NCBI RefSeq assembly: GCF_001194135.2
Contig: NC_068987.1
Coordinates: forward strand, 50,270,102-50,334,101
From: Octopus bimaculoides
Taxonomy: Eukaryota
Direction of reading: 5' to 3'
DNA length: 64,000 nt
Shown here: in pieces, positions 39,051 to 51,882 of the stretch
Layout of the letters: every line of letters begins with the position of its first letter
Position numbering within the stretch: position 1 is the first letter of the stretch
Notes under the pieces: model-generated
Databases searched by the model: none
Told to the model about the DNA's origin: nothing
What the model saw: only the letters and a program-made list of their open reading frames with translations
Position numbers and translations under genes: made by a program

Positions 39051-39710
39051 ACGTTCCTCATCAAGCAGGCTGATGGGGTTGTCACTGACAACCCAGTCAT
39101 ACAAGTGGTCCTAGATTACACGCGTACACACACAAAAGTGCATGAATAAATACATTTCTTAGATATCAGTTGTATTATTGTTATGCATACAGTCTTAGAA
39201 TTAATTTTTGAACTGATAACCAAACTTTAACAAGATTACTTACTGGGACATTCTTTTTCAGTTATGTTGAGAGAGAAAATTCAAACTCTCTTTATTATGT
39301 TTTTGTTCTTTAAAATAATTTAATGAGGATTTCTCTAAATTCATTTTTTTTCTTGTTAAAACTTTTTCAGTAAATTTCAATGTTTATCAATTAATTGTTA
39401 TTAATAATGATCATTATAATTCTTATTGTTACCTACATTTGATTGCTTTTACAATTACACGGAGTTACTAATTATCTGCTTCATTTAATTTTGTTTTTTC
39501 TTCTTCCTTTTCCTATAGTTTAATTTGTTAATTGGATAAAATAATTTAAAACAAATTTATCACGAAATATTTTTCACTGAATGAATTCATTAATCAGTAT
39601 GTTTATTGTGTGTGTATATACGTTACATGTTATTTGTGTTGATGTTTGATATTGTGCTTCTTTTTACTATTAATATTGCACTTCAATTTGCTGACTCCAT
39701 TCATTTGCAG

Positions 39711-39833
39711 CTACCGTACAGAGGGAACAACATTACGCTCCAGAGCAGAAGAGTCCCATGTTTGTTCCTCCTCCCCCAGTGCCGCCACCACCACCACCAC
39801 AGGATAGCTACAATTATGGATATGATTACAGAG
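39711..39833 (+). CDS. VCL: Candidate alternative hinge exon, 123 nt, polyproline (ATVQREQHYAPEQKSPMFVPPPPVPPPPPPQDSYNYGYDYR)
   Basis: ctgac branch-like motif, cattcatttgcag acceptor, AGAG|gttctt donor (weak), symmetric phase 1; proline-rich composition fits the hinge. Confidence 0.72.
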
Positions 39834-40263
39834 GTTCTTTAGCACTTAGTGTTCCTTAGAATGGCCTGAGTGTGATGTTTGCATGTTAGCTCTTTCAAAA
39901 TTCTTTCTTACTAAAACTGGCATACTCATTTCGAAAAAAAAAATTGTTTTGAAATTCTTACCTTTCGAGCAAAAAATGAATTAACTACCCCCCAGATTCC
40001 TTTTTATCACTTCTTACTACTATTACTGCTGTTGCTACCTTAACCTTGCTCCTTTTTCATCAAAATTTGTGCTCAAGTAATTCTTTGGAATTCCTTTACA
40101 TCTTTGAAATTATTTCCATTTTTCTTATTACTTTTTGTCTTTAAACAATCTTTTTATTTATTTATTTTTTTCTAATTTTTAGTTTAATTCATAGAATGAC
40201 AGAAGTAAATTTCATTGACAGGGCAAAATTATGAATCATAATATATTCCATTTACCAGCTGAA

Positions 40264-40550
40264 GCTTATATACATGTTTTGTGACTGAGTGCATAAGATA
40301 TGAATTTACATACTTGCTAGATCTATAGTTTGCTATCAGTGCTGCACTCATCTTTTAGAACAAGCACTGCTCATTTACATGTTTAGTAGTCCTTAAGATA
40401 CGAATCTACCTACTTCAGTCTCTCAAAACTTAGGCCTATAGTTTGCTATCAGAGCTGCACTCATTTTTTACAGCGAGCATCACTCATATACATGTCTGGT
40501 GGTTGAGTGCTTATGATATGAATCTTCCTACTGCAGTCTCAAAACATAGG
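40264..40550 (+). repeat. About 113-bp tandem repeat, about 2.5 copies
   Basis: CTATAGTTTGCTATCAG(T/A)GCTGCACTCAT starts at 40323 and again at 40436. Confidence 0.85.
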
Positions 40551-41316
40551 GAAAATAAAAAGAGTTTATATTTATTCATAAATATCTTTTAGAACATCTG
40601 CATATTCTAAATCCCAGTTTCTTTGTGTAAATGCAATTGCCTAACTTAGTTGTGTGGTATGGTTGCCAAAATACTTTCCAAGTGAAATGATGGAACCTTC
40701 CTTCTTCTAGGTTTTATTTTACATAGCCAAACTATATGGATAGGTAACTAATACTAGTTCCATTTAATAGTTGAGTATTTAAAATACATGCATAAAAAAT
40801 TTGTCATCATCATCGTATCCCCCTTACCATGCTTGCAATAGAAGACACTTGTCCAAGGTACAATGCAGTGGAACTAAACCTGAAACCATGTGGTTGACAA
40901 ACAAACTTCTTAACTAGATAGCCATGCTTGGAAATAATTTGCTTCATTTTCCAGTTTTTTGTATTTACTATTTGCTCTCATAAACCATTAACAGATTTCT
41001 TGGTTTCCCCTATTTCATCTTCTGTCAAAATTAATAGTAGCTTTAATTAGGTTTGAAATTGAAATAATGGGGATAATATTTAAGTAGTCTTTCTTACTAA
41101 CCAGATGATGTTATCCCTGAAGGGGGTGTAGTTTTTACAAGATAGTGTAGAAATCACTACTTCTACCATCACTCTATCTCAAGAAAAGAAGACTAAAGAT
41201 GTGAAGCTATAGGTGACTTGTAAACATTTCAAAGATGTTGATAAATCTAATTAATCAATCTGTTAAATATTTTTCTGTTCTTAAGAGGGCGTGTCCCATA
41301 ACACTGAGAATGAATA

Positions 41317-41382
<66 letters not shown>

Positions 41383-42064
41383 NNNNNNNNNNNNNNNNNN
41401 NNNNNNNNNNNNNNNNNNNNNNNNNNNNNNNNNNNNNNNNNNNNNNNNNNNNNNNNNNNNNNNNNNNNNNNNNNNNNNNNNNNNNNNNNNNNNNNNNNNN
41501 NNNNNNNNNNNNNNNNNNNNNNNNNNNNNNNNNNNNNNNNNNNNNNNNNNNNNNNNNNNNNNNNNNNNNNNNNNNNNNNNNNNNNNNNNNNNNNNNNNNN
41601 NNNNNNNNNNNNNNNNNNNNNNNNNNNNNNNNNNNNNNNNNNNNNNNNNNNNNNNNNNNNNNNNNNNNNNNNNNNNNNNNNNNNNNNNNNNNNNNNNNNN
41701 NNNNNNNNNNNNNNNNNNNNNNNNNNNNNNNNNNNNNNNNNNNNNNNNNNNNNNNNNNNNNNNNNNNNNNNNNNNNNNNNNNNNNNNNNNNNNNNNNNNN
41801 NNNNNNNNNNNNNNNNNNNNNNNNNNNNNNNNNNNNNNNNNNNNNNNNNNNNNNNNNNNNNNNNNNNNNNNNNNNNNNNNNNNNNNNNNNNNNNNNNNNN
41901 NNNNNNNNNNNNNNNNNNNNNNNNNNNNNNNNNNNNNNNNNNNNNNNNNTATGATGTAACTCTTTACCCTCATACATATTGAGATGTGTATTGAAAAGTT
42001 ATATCAATAACAATATTCTTAATTATAAATAGTAGTTGAATTTGGTATGTCTCACATATTACAC

Positions 42065-42107
<43 letters not shown>

Positions 42108-42784
42108 ACATAGAATATAGATGCATTTTGTTTTTCATAGGTTTTTCTTTTTTTACTTTTTGCATACTTAGCTATTGTATGAGTGTATTAGTTATATTTT
42201 GTACATTTTAGTTCTGAAAATTCATAGTAGAAAGTATATGTATTGATGTACTTACGTATTAAATGTTGTATTTATTACTAGTACCCTTCTTGTAAATAGT
42301 ATATTTTATTTATTATAAGTTTATGTAGATTTATTAGCATTTATAAAGATTTATTATTTGTATTTTAACATTGATTGTAGAAGTTAAATGGTGTTATGTA
42401 ACTATTATTAGTTCAACCCCTTTCTCATATGCAACTGTCCTTGAATCAGTAAATCAGGTCCATTGTTAATGAATGCATTTAAAAGAGAGTGTTCATAGAT
42501 TCTTCACAAATTGCAAATATTTGAGTTGAACGAATGTTTTTGATTAATAGATCATAGGTGTGTATCTTGTCTTTGGCACAATTCTGTATCCTTAGCAAAG
42601 AAATTTAGCTCCATCAATGCCTCCATCCACCTGGCTACAGCTATTTATGCAGCTTGCAGTAGTGAGCTTACATTCCCTTCCACTTTGGCAAAATCTATAA
42701 TAAACTGATAATCGGGATGGCACCTGTGCCCAGCGTCGCCTTTCTGACACTTGTGCCCGCAGCATGTGTAAGAACTTTCGAGCG

Positions 42785-43073
42785 AGATCATTGCCAGTGC
42801 CCCTGGACTGGCTCTTGTGCGGGTGGCACATAAAATACACTATTTTGAGCGTGGCCGTTGCCAGTATCGCCTGACTGGCCTTTGTGTAGGGGACACGTAA
42901 AAGCACCTACTACACTCTCAGAGTGGTTGGTGTTAGGAAGGGCATCCAGCTGTAGAGACTCTGCCAAATCATGTTGGAGCCTGGTGTAGCCATCTGGTTT
43001 CACCAGTCCTCAGTCAAATCGTCCAACCCATACTAGCATGGAAAGCGGACATTAAACGATGATGATGATGATG
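42785..43073 (+). mobile_element. (GAT)n-tailed retroposon copy
   Basis: Closely similar to 10690-11068. Confidence 0.78.
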
Positions 43074-43549
43074 AATGTTCCACCTCTAGGAGAGAGTGTT
43101 ACATCCCACTGATGCCTAATAACACTGAAACTAATATAATCTCTCTCATCCTTATACATTTTTGTAATATATTTGATTCAAGTATACAGACAAATATCAC
43201 TAAATCTGACTATTGCTGATTGCATAACCAAGCCCTAGTATTGTTCTCAGCAAGATCTATTTGAGGGAGTTACAAGAAGTGATCTATGGTCTAAGGTTCA
43301 ATCCCTTACTCCAACATTGTCAGGTTAAACATGTAGCATCATTTATTTAACATTTAATTCCTAAAACAGTCTTCTCTTGTGGAAAGCTTCTTTAGGCATT
43401 TCTGCTTTGTTTTTAGCTTCAACTGGAAAAATCTTTATTTCTGCTGGAAGATACTGGAGATTTGAAATTAGGTAGAGCTGGTGGGAAAGATGGTCATGAC
43501 TTCATACAGTGATAATAGTACCTTAGTTTTTATGAATAATTTAAGAATA

Positions 43550-44160
43550 TCTCTCTCTCTCTCTCTCTCTCTCTCCTTCTCTCTCTCCTTCTCTCTCCAC
43601 TTCCTTTCTATTCTGTTCACATTTTTTGTTCTTTTTTTTCTCCCCCTCTCTCTATATATGTTCCAATATTTCTTTCTCTCTCCTTACACACATTACTTTC
43701 TGGTCTCCTCTTTCTATCTCCTGCTTTGTTTTTTTTTGTTTTTACATCTTTCTTTCTATCCTCTTTCATTCCTGTCTCTCACATTTTTCATTTCTCTGTC
43801 CATTTTTGCCTTTGTCATCTATTTCTCCTCCCCATCGTCCTATCCTCCTCCTCCTCCTCCTGTATCATCCCCCTCTTCCTCACATTCTCCTCTTCCTCAC
43901 ATTCTCCTCTTCCTCCCATTCTCCTCATCTTCCTCCCATTATCCTCTTCCTCCCATTCTCCTCTTCCTCTCATCCTCCTCTTCTCCTCTTCCTCTCATCC
44001 TCCCCTTCTCCTCTTCCTCCTATCCTCCTCTTCCTCCCACCACTTCCCCTTCTCCTCTTCCTCCTATCCTCCTCCTCCTCACTTTCATACACCAACCTCT
44101 TCAATTATATTACCAAGTTATTCATATTTTGACCTCCTCTCCCTTTCTCTTTCCCTTACT
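43550..44160. repeat. Polypyrimidine low-complexity tract ((CT)n and degenerate CCT/TCC repeats)
   Basis: Almost pure C/T on the + strand; similar tracts at about 57450-57960 and 62210-62320. Confidence 0.9.
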
Positions 44161-45509
44161 ACTGGAAACTTCTCATAATTTTCTACAACTGCAATGAACT
44201 GCATGGAGACTAGTTCTTTGTAACTGGAAAGAAACAGATGCTAAAATTCTGGAAGCTCTTCCTTCAAAATCTCATTATCAGAGGTTATCATGCTCACACA
44301 CAGTGCTTCTAATGGATTATTCTTTTGATTCAGTCTTTTTCTTACCATGTTTATTTTGTGCATTGTGCCATCATCCTCTTTCTCAACAACCATTGTTTTT
44401 TTGATTAACCCTGTTACTGTGAAAAGCAGATTTGTCCACTCAAAATTTCATTACTCTTATATATACCAATCTATCTTTATGTGAGGAATGTCATATTTGA
44501 AGCTATTTTTTTATTGAGGGCAACCTGGCTTGCAGAAGATACCGATTATACTTTTTAGTACATATTTAACATTGTTACTGGAAATACCATGAAATTTAAT
44601 TTTGCAATTAATATAGTTGTTATTAGCCAAGAAATGAAGTGTACAATATAATATCATCAAAGCATTAAAGCTGTTGTTTCATGTCTACTTTTGAAAGAAA
44701 GCTGTTGTGATTCATTTAGTGTGGGTTTTGCTGTGACTGATATTACCACAGTTATGACCACTGTACTACTTATCTCCACATTAATGTATAGTCTGTATTG
44801 AAAATTTTGATTTTAAGACCCCTTCTTCATCTCCAAATCAACATTCAGTTATAGAAATATTTAGATATTTACTTTATTTGAAAATTTTCATTGGTATACA
44901 ATATTCTCCTTTAAGCATTATAATCCTGGTTATTTTCAGAGTTGTTCTGATCTCAAATCGACTTTTTATTCTGCTTATTACATTAGATTCTCTACAAAAT
45001 AATTAATTGGTCTTTTAGATCATATAAAGATGATTTCACATTAATTAAACTTATGATAAAATGTTGTACTTGTGGATCTAATGTAATGATCAATAAACTC
45101 AAACTTAAAGTTCAAACATGATTATTGATGAATAGACTAAAATAATTGAGATATTCTTGTGTTTTGGAAACATAGCAGATAAGTGTCCCTTTCATTTATA
45201 ACAATGATCTAGGATTCAACCTTGACTTAAAAAATTATGTATATGGAAAACAGAGTACCTGACACCACAGATAGTAACTCCATTAGAAATGTTCTAAATA
45301 GCCCATTGTGATAATTGTAGTAGCAGGTTACTATAATTATTTCAATGATAAAAAATATAGTGACTGGTTATGAGCAGTGACTTAGTGGTTTAATTTAAGG
45401 TGAAATAATGTTACTTCTGATTGGTGATTTCTTTCCAAAAAACAAAACAAATTCACATTGTTCAAAGAGTAAAATAAACACAATTCCAGAAAAATTTAAT
45501 ATTAATTAG

Positions 45510-45905
45510 TTGGGCCCATAATTAGAGAGGCCATAATTAGACTAAAATTAGATTATAATGTGATGGGCGGAAATTAGATAGGCTATAATAAAAGGGAGCG
45601 TAATTGGATGGACTTATAATTATATGGGCTTTGATTAGATGGACTGTAAGTAAGGTGAACCATAGTTATACAAGCCATAATTAAATGGGCTAAAATTAGG
45701 CTATAATTGGATGGATTACAACAAGACAGGCCATAATTATATGGGCTATAATTAGACATGCTATAGACATGCTATAATAAGATAGGCCATAATTAGGTTA
45801 TAATTAGGCAGGCCATAATTAGACAGGCTTAAATTAAATGGTCCATAGTTGTGCCAAAAGTTGGGCCATAATCAGTTGAACTGTAGTTAGATGTGCTAAA
45901 ATTAG
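45510..45905. repeat. Degenerate 14-15 bp minisatellite, consensus about GGCCATAATTAGAT
   Basis: Roughly 25 diverged units by eye, many retaining CATAATTAG. Confidence 0.8.
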
Positions 45906-47447
45906 TATGAATATTATAAAGTTCTGGATAAGCTTCCAATGTTTGTTAAATCTGTAACATACCTTAGATTCTCATTTGAGTCATTTTCACTTAACTCTTT
46001 GTGTGATTATTTCTGGTCATTGGTCAACAATATCCTAAAAAGAAATAATGCCCTTGACGCATTTTTTTTCACTTTTTTTGTATCATATTGTACATCTAAT
46101 TGTATTTTCTTTAATACTTTGAGGTGGGATAGATGGTGGGAATAAGAGATCTGAAACCAAGATATCTCATGTATCCATTCTCATCATTCTTACTGAAAGA
46201 GTTGTTTTCTACTGAAAAAAGAGTGGTTTTTATTGATTGTATTCTTTCTTTTAACAGATAATATGAAAGTTATTAAGACTTTTTTTTACTTTTTTGAGTG
46301 TGTGTAATGCTGAAAACTGGGTTTCTGCATGAAGATTAACAAATCTAATTATTATTATCCCAATACTTGTTTCTCATTTCGTCCATTCTTCCAATTTTAT
46401 AAACTTTTCAATTAATTTCCTTGCTAAATATACTGTTTGTTTTCAATGCTTTTTTTTTATTACGAAATGTTTCATTCCAATGGCTTATTTGATTTTGAAT
46501 AATTTTCTTGTTAAATGCAGTGTTTGATTTTAAATGTCTTTTATTAAAATTAATTTGAATTTTTTATTTTAAAAGTTTTCATTAAAAATTGATTGCTGTT
46601 TTTAATTACATCTCTCAATTTTGTTTCTTTCACTGAATGAAAGGAAACAAGTTGTTAAATTGTCTTGCTTTATCAATTTATTCACAGTACTTCACTTACA
46701 TATACAATTATTGTGTTATGATTTAGCTATTTTACACTTTAGAAGTTACATACTTTCATTCTCTCCATTTATTGTGATCTCTACCCACCCACATTCCAAG
46801 TTCTTCTGTCTCCATTCGCGTATATTCTCCACGTATGTTGAGAGCCCACACAGACATCTTAACACTATTTTTATATCATTGTAGTTCCATCCTGATTGCT
46901 CACTCTCCCCTCTTCTAAAAAGTGAGTTGACATATAGCTCCTCTACTGCAAGAAACTTGCTCTGCTCTGGTTCCTTCTCTCCTACTTAAATCCTTCTCCC
47001 CCCTTTGCATGAATCTACCTCCCTTGAGGTTCATAGTCTTGCAAGCTATGTGGTGACCTCACTAGTACTGGTGCAATGAAAATAGCACCTGGTACATGCT
47101 GTAAAGTGGATGATGTTGGGAAGGGTATCCAGATATAGAAACCTGAGCAAAGCAGGCATTGGAGTATGATGCAGTCCTTAGACCTGTCAGATCCTGTCAA
47201 ATCATCCAACCCACACCAGCATGGAACATGGACATTAAATGATGACGATATTTACCAGATGTTAATGTTGTAGTGGAACCTATTTTTAAGTTTTCCATCT
47301 GAAGATACAAAACTGCCACAAGTCTTTTGTAGGAAACAAAATGCCAATTATTGATATCGTATTGAACTAACCACTCATCAACCATGAAATCTGCCAAAGG
47401 TGTTTTGTAATGTGCTTAGACTGTATGTCTACTTTTACACACCTTAA

Positions 47448-47669
47448 CCTTTTTGTTAACATATTTCTGTCGAAATACACTGCTTTTGTTTAAATTAATT
47501 ATGAAAATATTGAAGAATATAGTTAAGCAACTTTGTCATTACTAAGCTGGTGTTTGGAACATGAACTGACATAAAATTTTGATGGGCAGTATTAACTTAG
47601 ATCACTTTAAAACTGGAAATTTGTACCATAGAACCAGAGGCAGTCTCAAGCAGGTTAGTATCAAAAGAG
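47448..47669. mobile_element. TTAA-flanked MITE, second family
   Basis: TTAA at 47444-47447 and 47670-47673, imperfect CCTTTTTG...CAAAAGAG termini. Related copies at about 3221-3428 (reverse) and 14385-14611. Confidence 0.65.
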
Positions 47670-50092
47670 TTAATTCATCAAAGTTGTAAGATTGCGTAGG
47701 GCTGTTATTTGCAATTGACTTGTCTCCTACCTAAGGTGGAGTGGTGGGATCCACCCTGTCATAATTGACACCATGAAACAAGAATTAAGTAAAAGTCCCT
47801 TCTGGCTACTGGAAGTATAAAGTTACATAGATTGCATATCATGGATTTTGCTTACAGCAGGATTATAACTTAACACCTCAAGCTGATAAATCTCTTCTAC
47901 ATAATATTTATTTACTTTGGTGCACTGAACCATTGGAAATTTTTGTGTGTGTGGGCAGAGAGCATAGATAGAGAGTAACTCTCTCCTCCATATCATTGAG
48001 TTTAGTGCAACTTGCCTCTAGCACATGTAAATCTAAACATCCTGTTTTAGGGATACAAGATCAATCATAATATTTTTTACTTTACAAAACCAACTCCTCC
48101 TCATTCTCCTCTTAGCTTAACATCTAGGCAGTGTAGGTAAAACTATAATTGTTGACAAAAACTGCTTCTTTACAAGGAAGGTTATTTTTGTGTTTGTTTA
48201 TTAATTCATTCATGTTATTTATTAATGTTTTATTCTTGTTGTGTTTGTTTTTTCTTTTAATTTTTAATTCATCTAAACTTTTTCTGGTTTCATTTGAAGC
48301 ATGATGGTGCGCTTTTGTTCATGGTTTCCATCTTTTTGGAACAACTGCCATTTCATTTATATGATTTTTTTCTTTTTTTTAATATATATGTATATATGTG
48401 TGTGTGTGAAGTATTATTACTGTTAAAAACAGTAATAATGAGGTGGTTAGAAAAACTTCTACCTAAACAGGTATAAAATATTTAAAGAAAAGAAGGGTAA
48501 GGATATCTTTAATTTTTTAGCAAGCGGTATCTTTACCCTTCTTTTCTTTATATATATATATATATATATTTCATGTTACTCATCACTGCTTTGGTTTTCT
48601 TATTTGTTCTTGTTTTACTAAATTGTTCTTTGATTTTTGCAATGGCAGTTACATGGTAATAATAATAAGGTTAAAAGAAATGAAGGATCTGTTCTTTAGT
48701 TTTTTTTATTTATATATACAAGTACAGAAAGCCTTTTAATGTCTATGTTATTACATTTTTAAAACTTTTCATTTAGCGCTTGTGAATGTTTGTGCTTCTA
48801 CCGTAGAGGTACAAGCATTCTCAAGAGCTAGATGAAAAATTCTTAAAATATAATAACAAATATTTGAATACTTTCTGCATCTGTATATAAATAAACCAAA
48901 GAACAGTTCCTTCATTTTTGATGAGCCTTATCATTATGACCAATATGTTATTCTGTACACTATCAAAAGTGTTTATATGCACACACACACATACATAAGC
49001 ACAAACGCATAAATACAATTTTTTGTTTCTATTTTAGCAATATTTAGCTTCATCTTGCCTCTTGTTCATGTTCTTGCTTCTTGTTCATTTAATTTTATTA
49101 TTTTTTCCTTCTGCTTCCCTCTTTGTCTTACCTTGAAGAACTTAGATCTGAAATCTCTAAAGTACTTAACTTAGTAAGTCTGTACTTTTGTATTTTACTA
49201 TGAGACTGCATTTCTGTCAATGCCTGGCAGAAATATAAGTTTTTAGGGCTTTACTCAAACCAGAGATATATTAAGTAGTTGAAAGAAGCTGGCAGTTTTT
49301 CTCTTTATCGTTGACAGGTTTGCATCACATTGTAATGAAAGAGTTTATCTTAGTTCTGTGAATTACTGCTTAGTTCCAGCACGGTGTGTGTATCAAACAT
49401 TTATACAATCATTGACCATTTAATATTGGATTACTACCATACTCTCTACATTCCCAATCCTCACTGTCCTAACTGTAAATCATGCTGTATTGCTTTTTGT
49501 TTTTCATCTCTACAAGGGTAGTAAAATATATCTCTAATGTACTGGGGTCAATTCAGCTAATAATTTCTTTCAAATTAAGCAAGTGGCCCAAGAAAGAAAC
49601 CAATTTTGAACTAATGTAAAGTGTAATCTAGGGGAAAGGAAGTAATGGAAAAAAACAAAACAAAACAATAAGAGAAATAATTAGGAATTTCTCTTAAGAT
49701 GCACAAATCAACAGGGATGTTTGCATATAACTCCAGACTTAGTTATCAATTGTATCCATTTAGGTTCTATCAGGTTTCCAATAGGTTCCATATATTTCCA
49801 AAATGAGATTTTCTTATTGGTTCAGGTTTATGAACTCTACCATTCTATAGCAATAAACCTTCTATTGTGACCCTTCTCTGCACTTTACATCTTTACCATC
49901 ATTTATTGCTTTGATTTGAAGTTTCCCTATTAAATTTTCTAAACTGCTGTTCCATCTATGCCAGCTGTGCATGTCTACTGCAGCTTTCTGCATACAATAT
50001 TTCTCTTGTTATTGCTTAAATGATGTTAGTGCATATGCAAAGAATTACATAATAGCCTAGAAAGTACAACAGTGCCAAAATATTGCTTTCAG

Positions 50093-50211
50093 ATGCTCCT
50101 CCACGGCCACCACTGCCAAGTGATGCCTGTCCTCCAAGACCTCCACCTCCAGAGACTGATGACGAGGATGAATCTGCTTTCCCAGTGCCACAAGTCAATC
50201 AACCAATTATG
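50093..50211 (+). CDS. VCL: Vinculin hinge/strap exon (DAPPRPPLPSDACPPRPPPPETDDEDESAFPVPQVNQPIM)
   Basis: gctttcag|AT acceptor, ATG|gtaagt donor; 119 nt, phase 1 to 0. Not called on + in the ORF track. Confidence 0.95.
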
Positions 50212-50478
50212 GTAAGTAGATCAATGATATGTAAGTTGTGAGTAATTGAACATTGCAGTATCATTAATCAATTGACTGATAAAGTCTGTTGGTAGATTTC
50301 ACACAAGGTGACTGCATGTCATTTGTTGGGCGTCACAGAAGTTGATGTTTGTTTCATTGGCAACCACAGTAGAAATGTATGTTAGCCATTATAGAAATGT
50401 GATGTGTTAGACATCATGCTGGATATGATATGGTTGTTAGATTCTGCTTTGTGAACATGATGTGTATGCTGTACAGCT

Positions 50479-50663
50479 CACGGCTGACATCATTTGTGAA
50501 TTTAAACCACAGAGCTGACATCATTTGTAAGAGTCAACCACAGAGCTGATATTATTTGTAAGAGTCAACCACAGAGCTGATATTATGTGTGAGAGTCAAC
50601 TACAGAGCTGACATCATATGTGAGTGTCAACCTCATAACTGACATAATGTCTGAGTGTCCAAC
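50479..50663 (+). repeat. 31-bp minisatellite, about 6 copies (CACAGAGCTGACATCATTTGTAAGAGTCAAC)
   Basis: Units start at 50508, 50539, 50570, 50601 and 50632, with a partial unit at 50479. Confidence 0.9.
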
Positions 50664-51609
50664 ATGCAACTGAGTCTACATGTGAATATCCATAGTTGAC
50701 ATTATACGTTAGAAGACAGACACTACTCAGTTGAGATGAAGTGACATGCACACCATACAGCTGATACAGTTTGTTAGTTGCCACTATTGTAATAGGGAAT
50801 AGCATAAAGGTAACAGTTTTAGTCAAAGACCACTTAACTTAGTATGTTAGTGGGTACCACACAGTTGAGATTGATTGAAACAGTACAATTCATTATAGGT
50901 ATTTTATTTAATTCACTACTTGGATAACATAGTATTTATTAGTGAATACTACACAGTGGTAGGTGTCTGTTGGCACCACACATATGACACTTATTTCATT
51001 GGGACACATGTCTATATGAAACAGTGGAATACTTTGTGTTAGCAGACATTCCATGAATGAGAGAATATGCTGGCTGGAATAGAGTAATGTTAATCAGTGC
51101 CAGACAAATATCATAATAGTCTGTTTAGTTCAGTCACCATTTACTCTTTCATATCAATCTTCCATTTCATAAAGAGAGGCAGTAGGAAAGGTAGTCAACT
51201 ATGTAAGTAATGTTATGCATTGAAGACTGGCCGATCTGTTTATGTCATTAGTTTCTATCATTAAATCTAATATTACATTCAATCTGATCATGCATGTCTT
51301 TTGCAAATTCCTCCAACATGATCAAGTTTTGGAGCTTAACTTATTTTTCTCATATGATTCTAAAGAGTAGCCAGTCATATATTTGGTCTTAGATTGTTCA
51401 AAGAATACCCAATCAAAATTTATATTCTGCTAGTATTTTTGTTCTTGTTTCCACTATCCATAATAAAGTCTGAGCTTGTAACCTTCAGTATGAAAATCCA
51501 ACACCGAAACCACTTTTGTTTTAGTCACTCTACTGCTTTAGGATATAAGAGGATTATGTTATAAAATTAATATTCATTTGAACCAAATGACTGGAGTAGG
51601 AACATGATG

Positions 51610-51845
51610 AATAATGATAATAATAATAATAATCCCTTCTACTATAGGCACAAGGCCTGAAATTGGGGGGAAGGGGGATAGTCAATTACATCGACCCAAG
51701 TATTCAACTGGTACTTAATTAATTGACCCTGAAAGGATGAAAGGCAACTTTAACCTCAGCGGAATTTGAACTCAGAACGTAGCGGCAGATGAAATACTGC
51801 TAAGCACTTCACCCAGCATGCTAACGATTCTGCCAGCTTGCTGCC

Positions 51846-51882
<37 letters not shown>

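Noticed and set aside
43481-44197. Long Ser/Pro/Leu-rich ORFs (238, 168 and 150 aa)
   Set aside because: All three frames are open only because the C/T tract cannot form stop codons.
50030-50092. Upstream acceptor at 50029 extending the hinge exon
   Set aside because: Hits TAA TAG in frame at 50050-50055.
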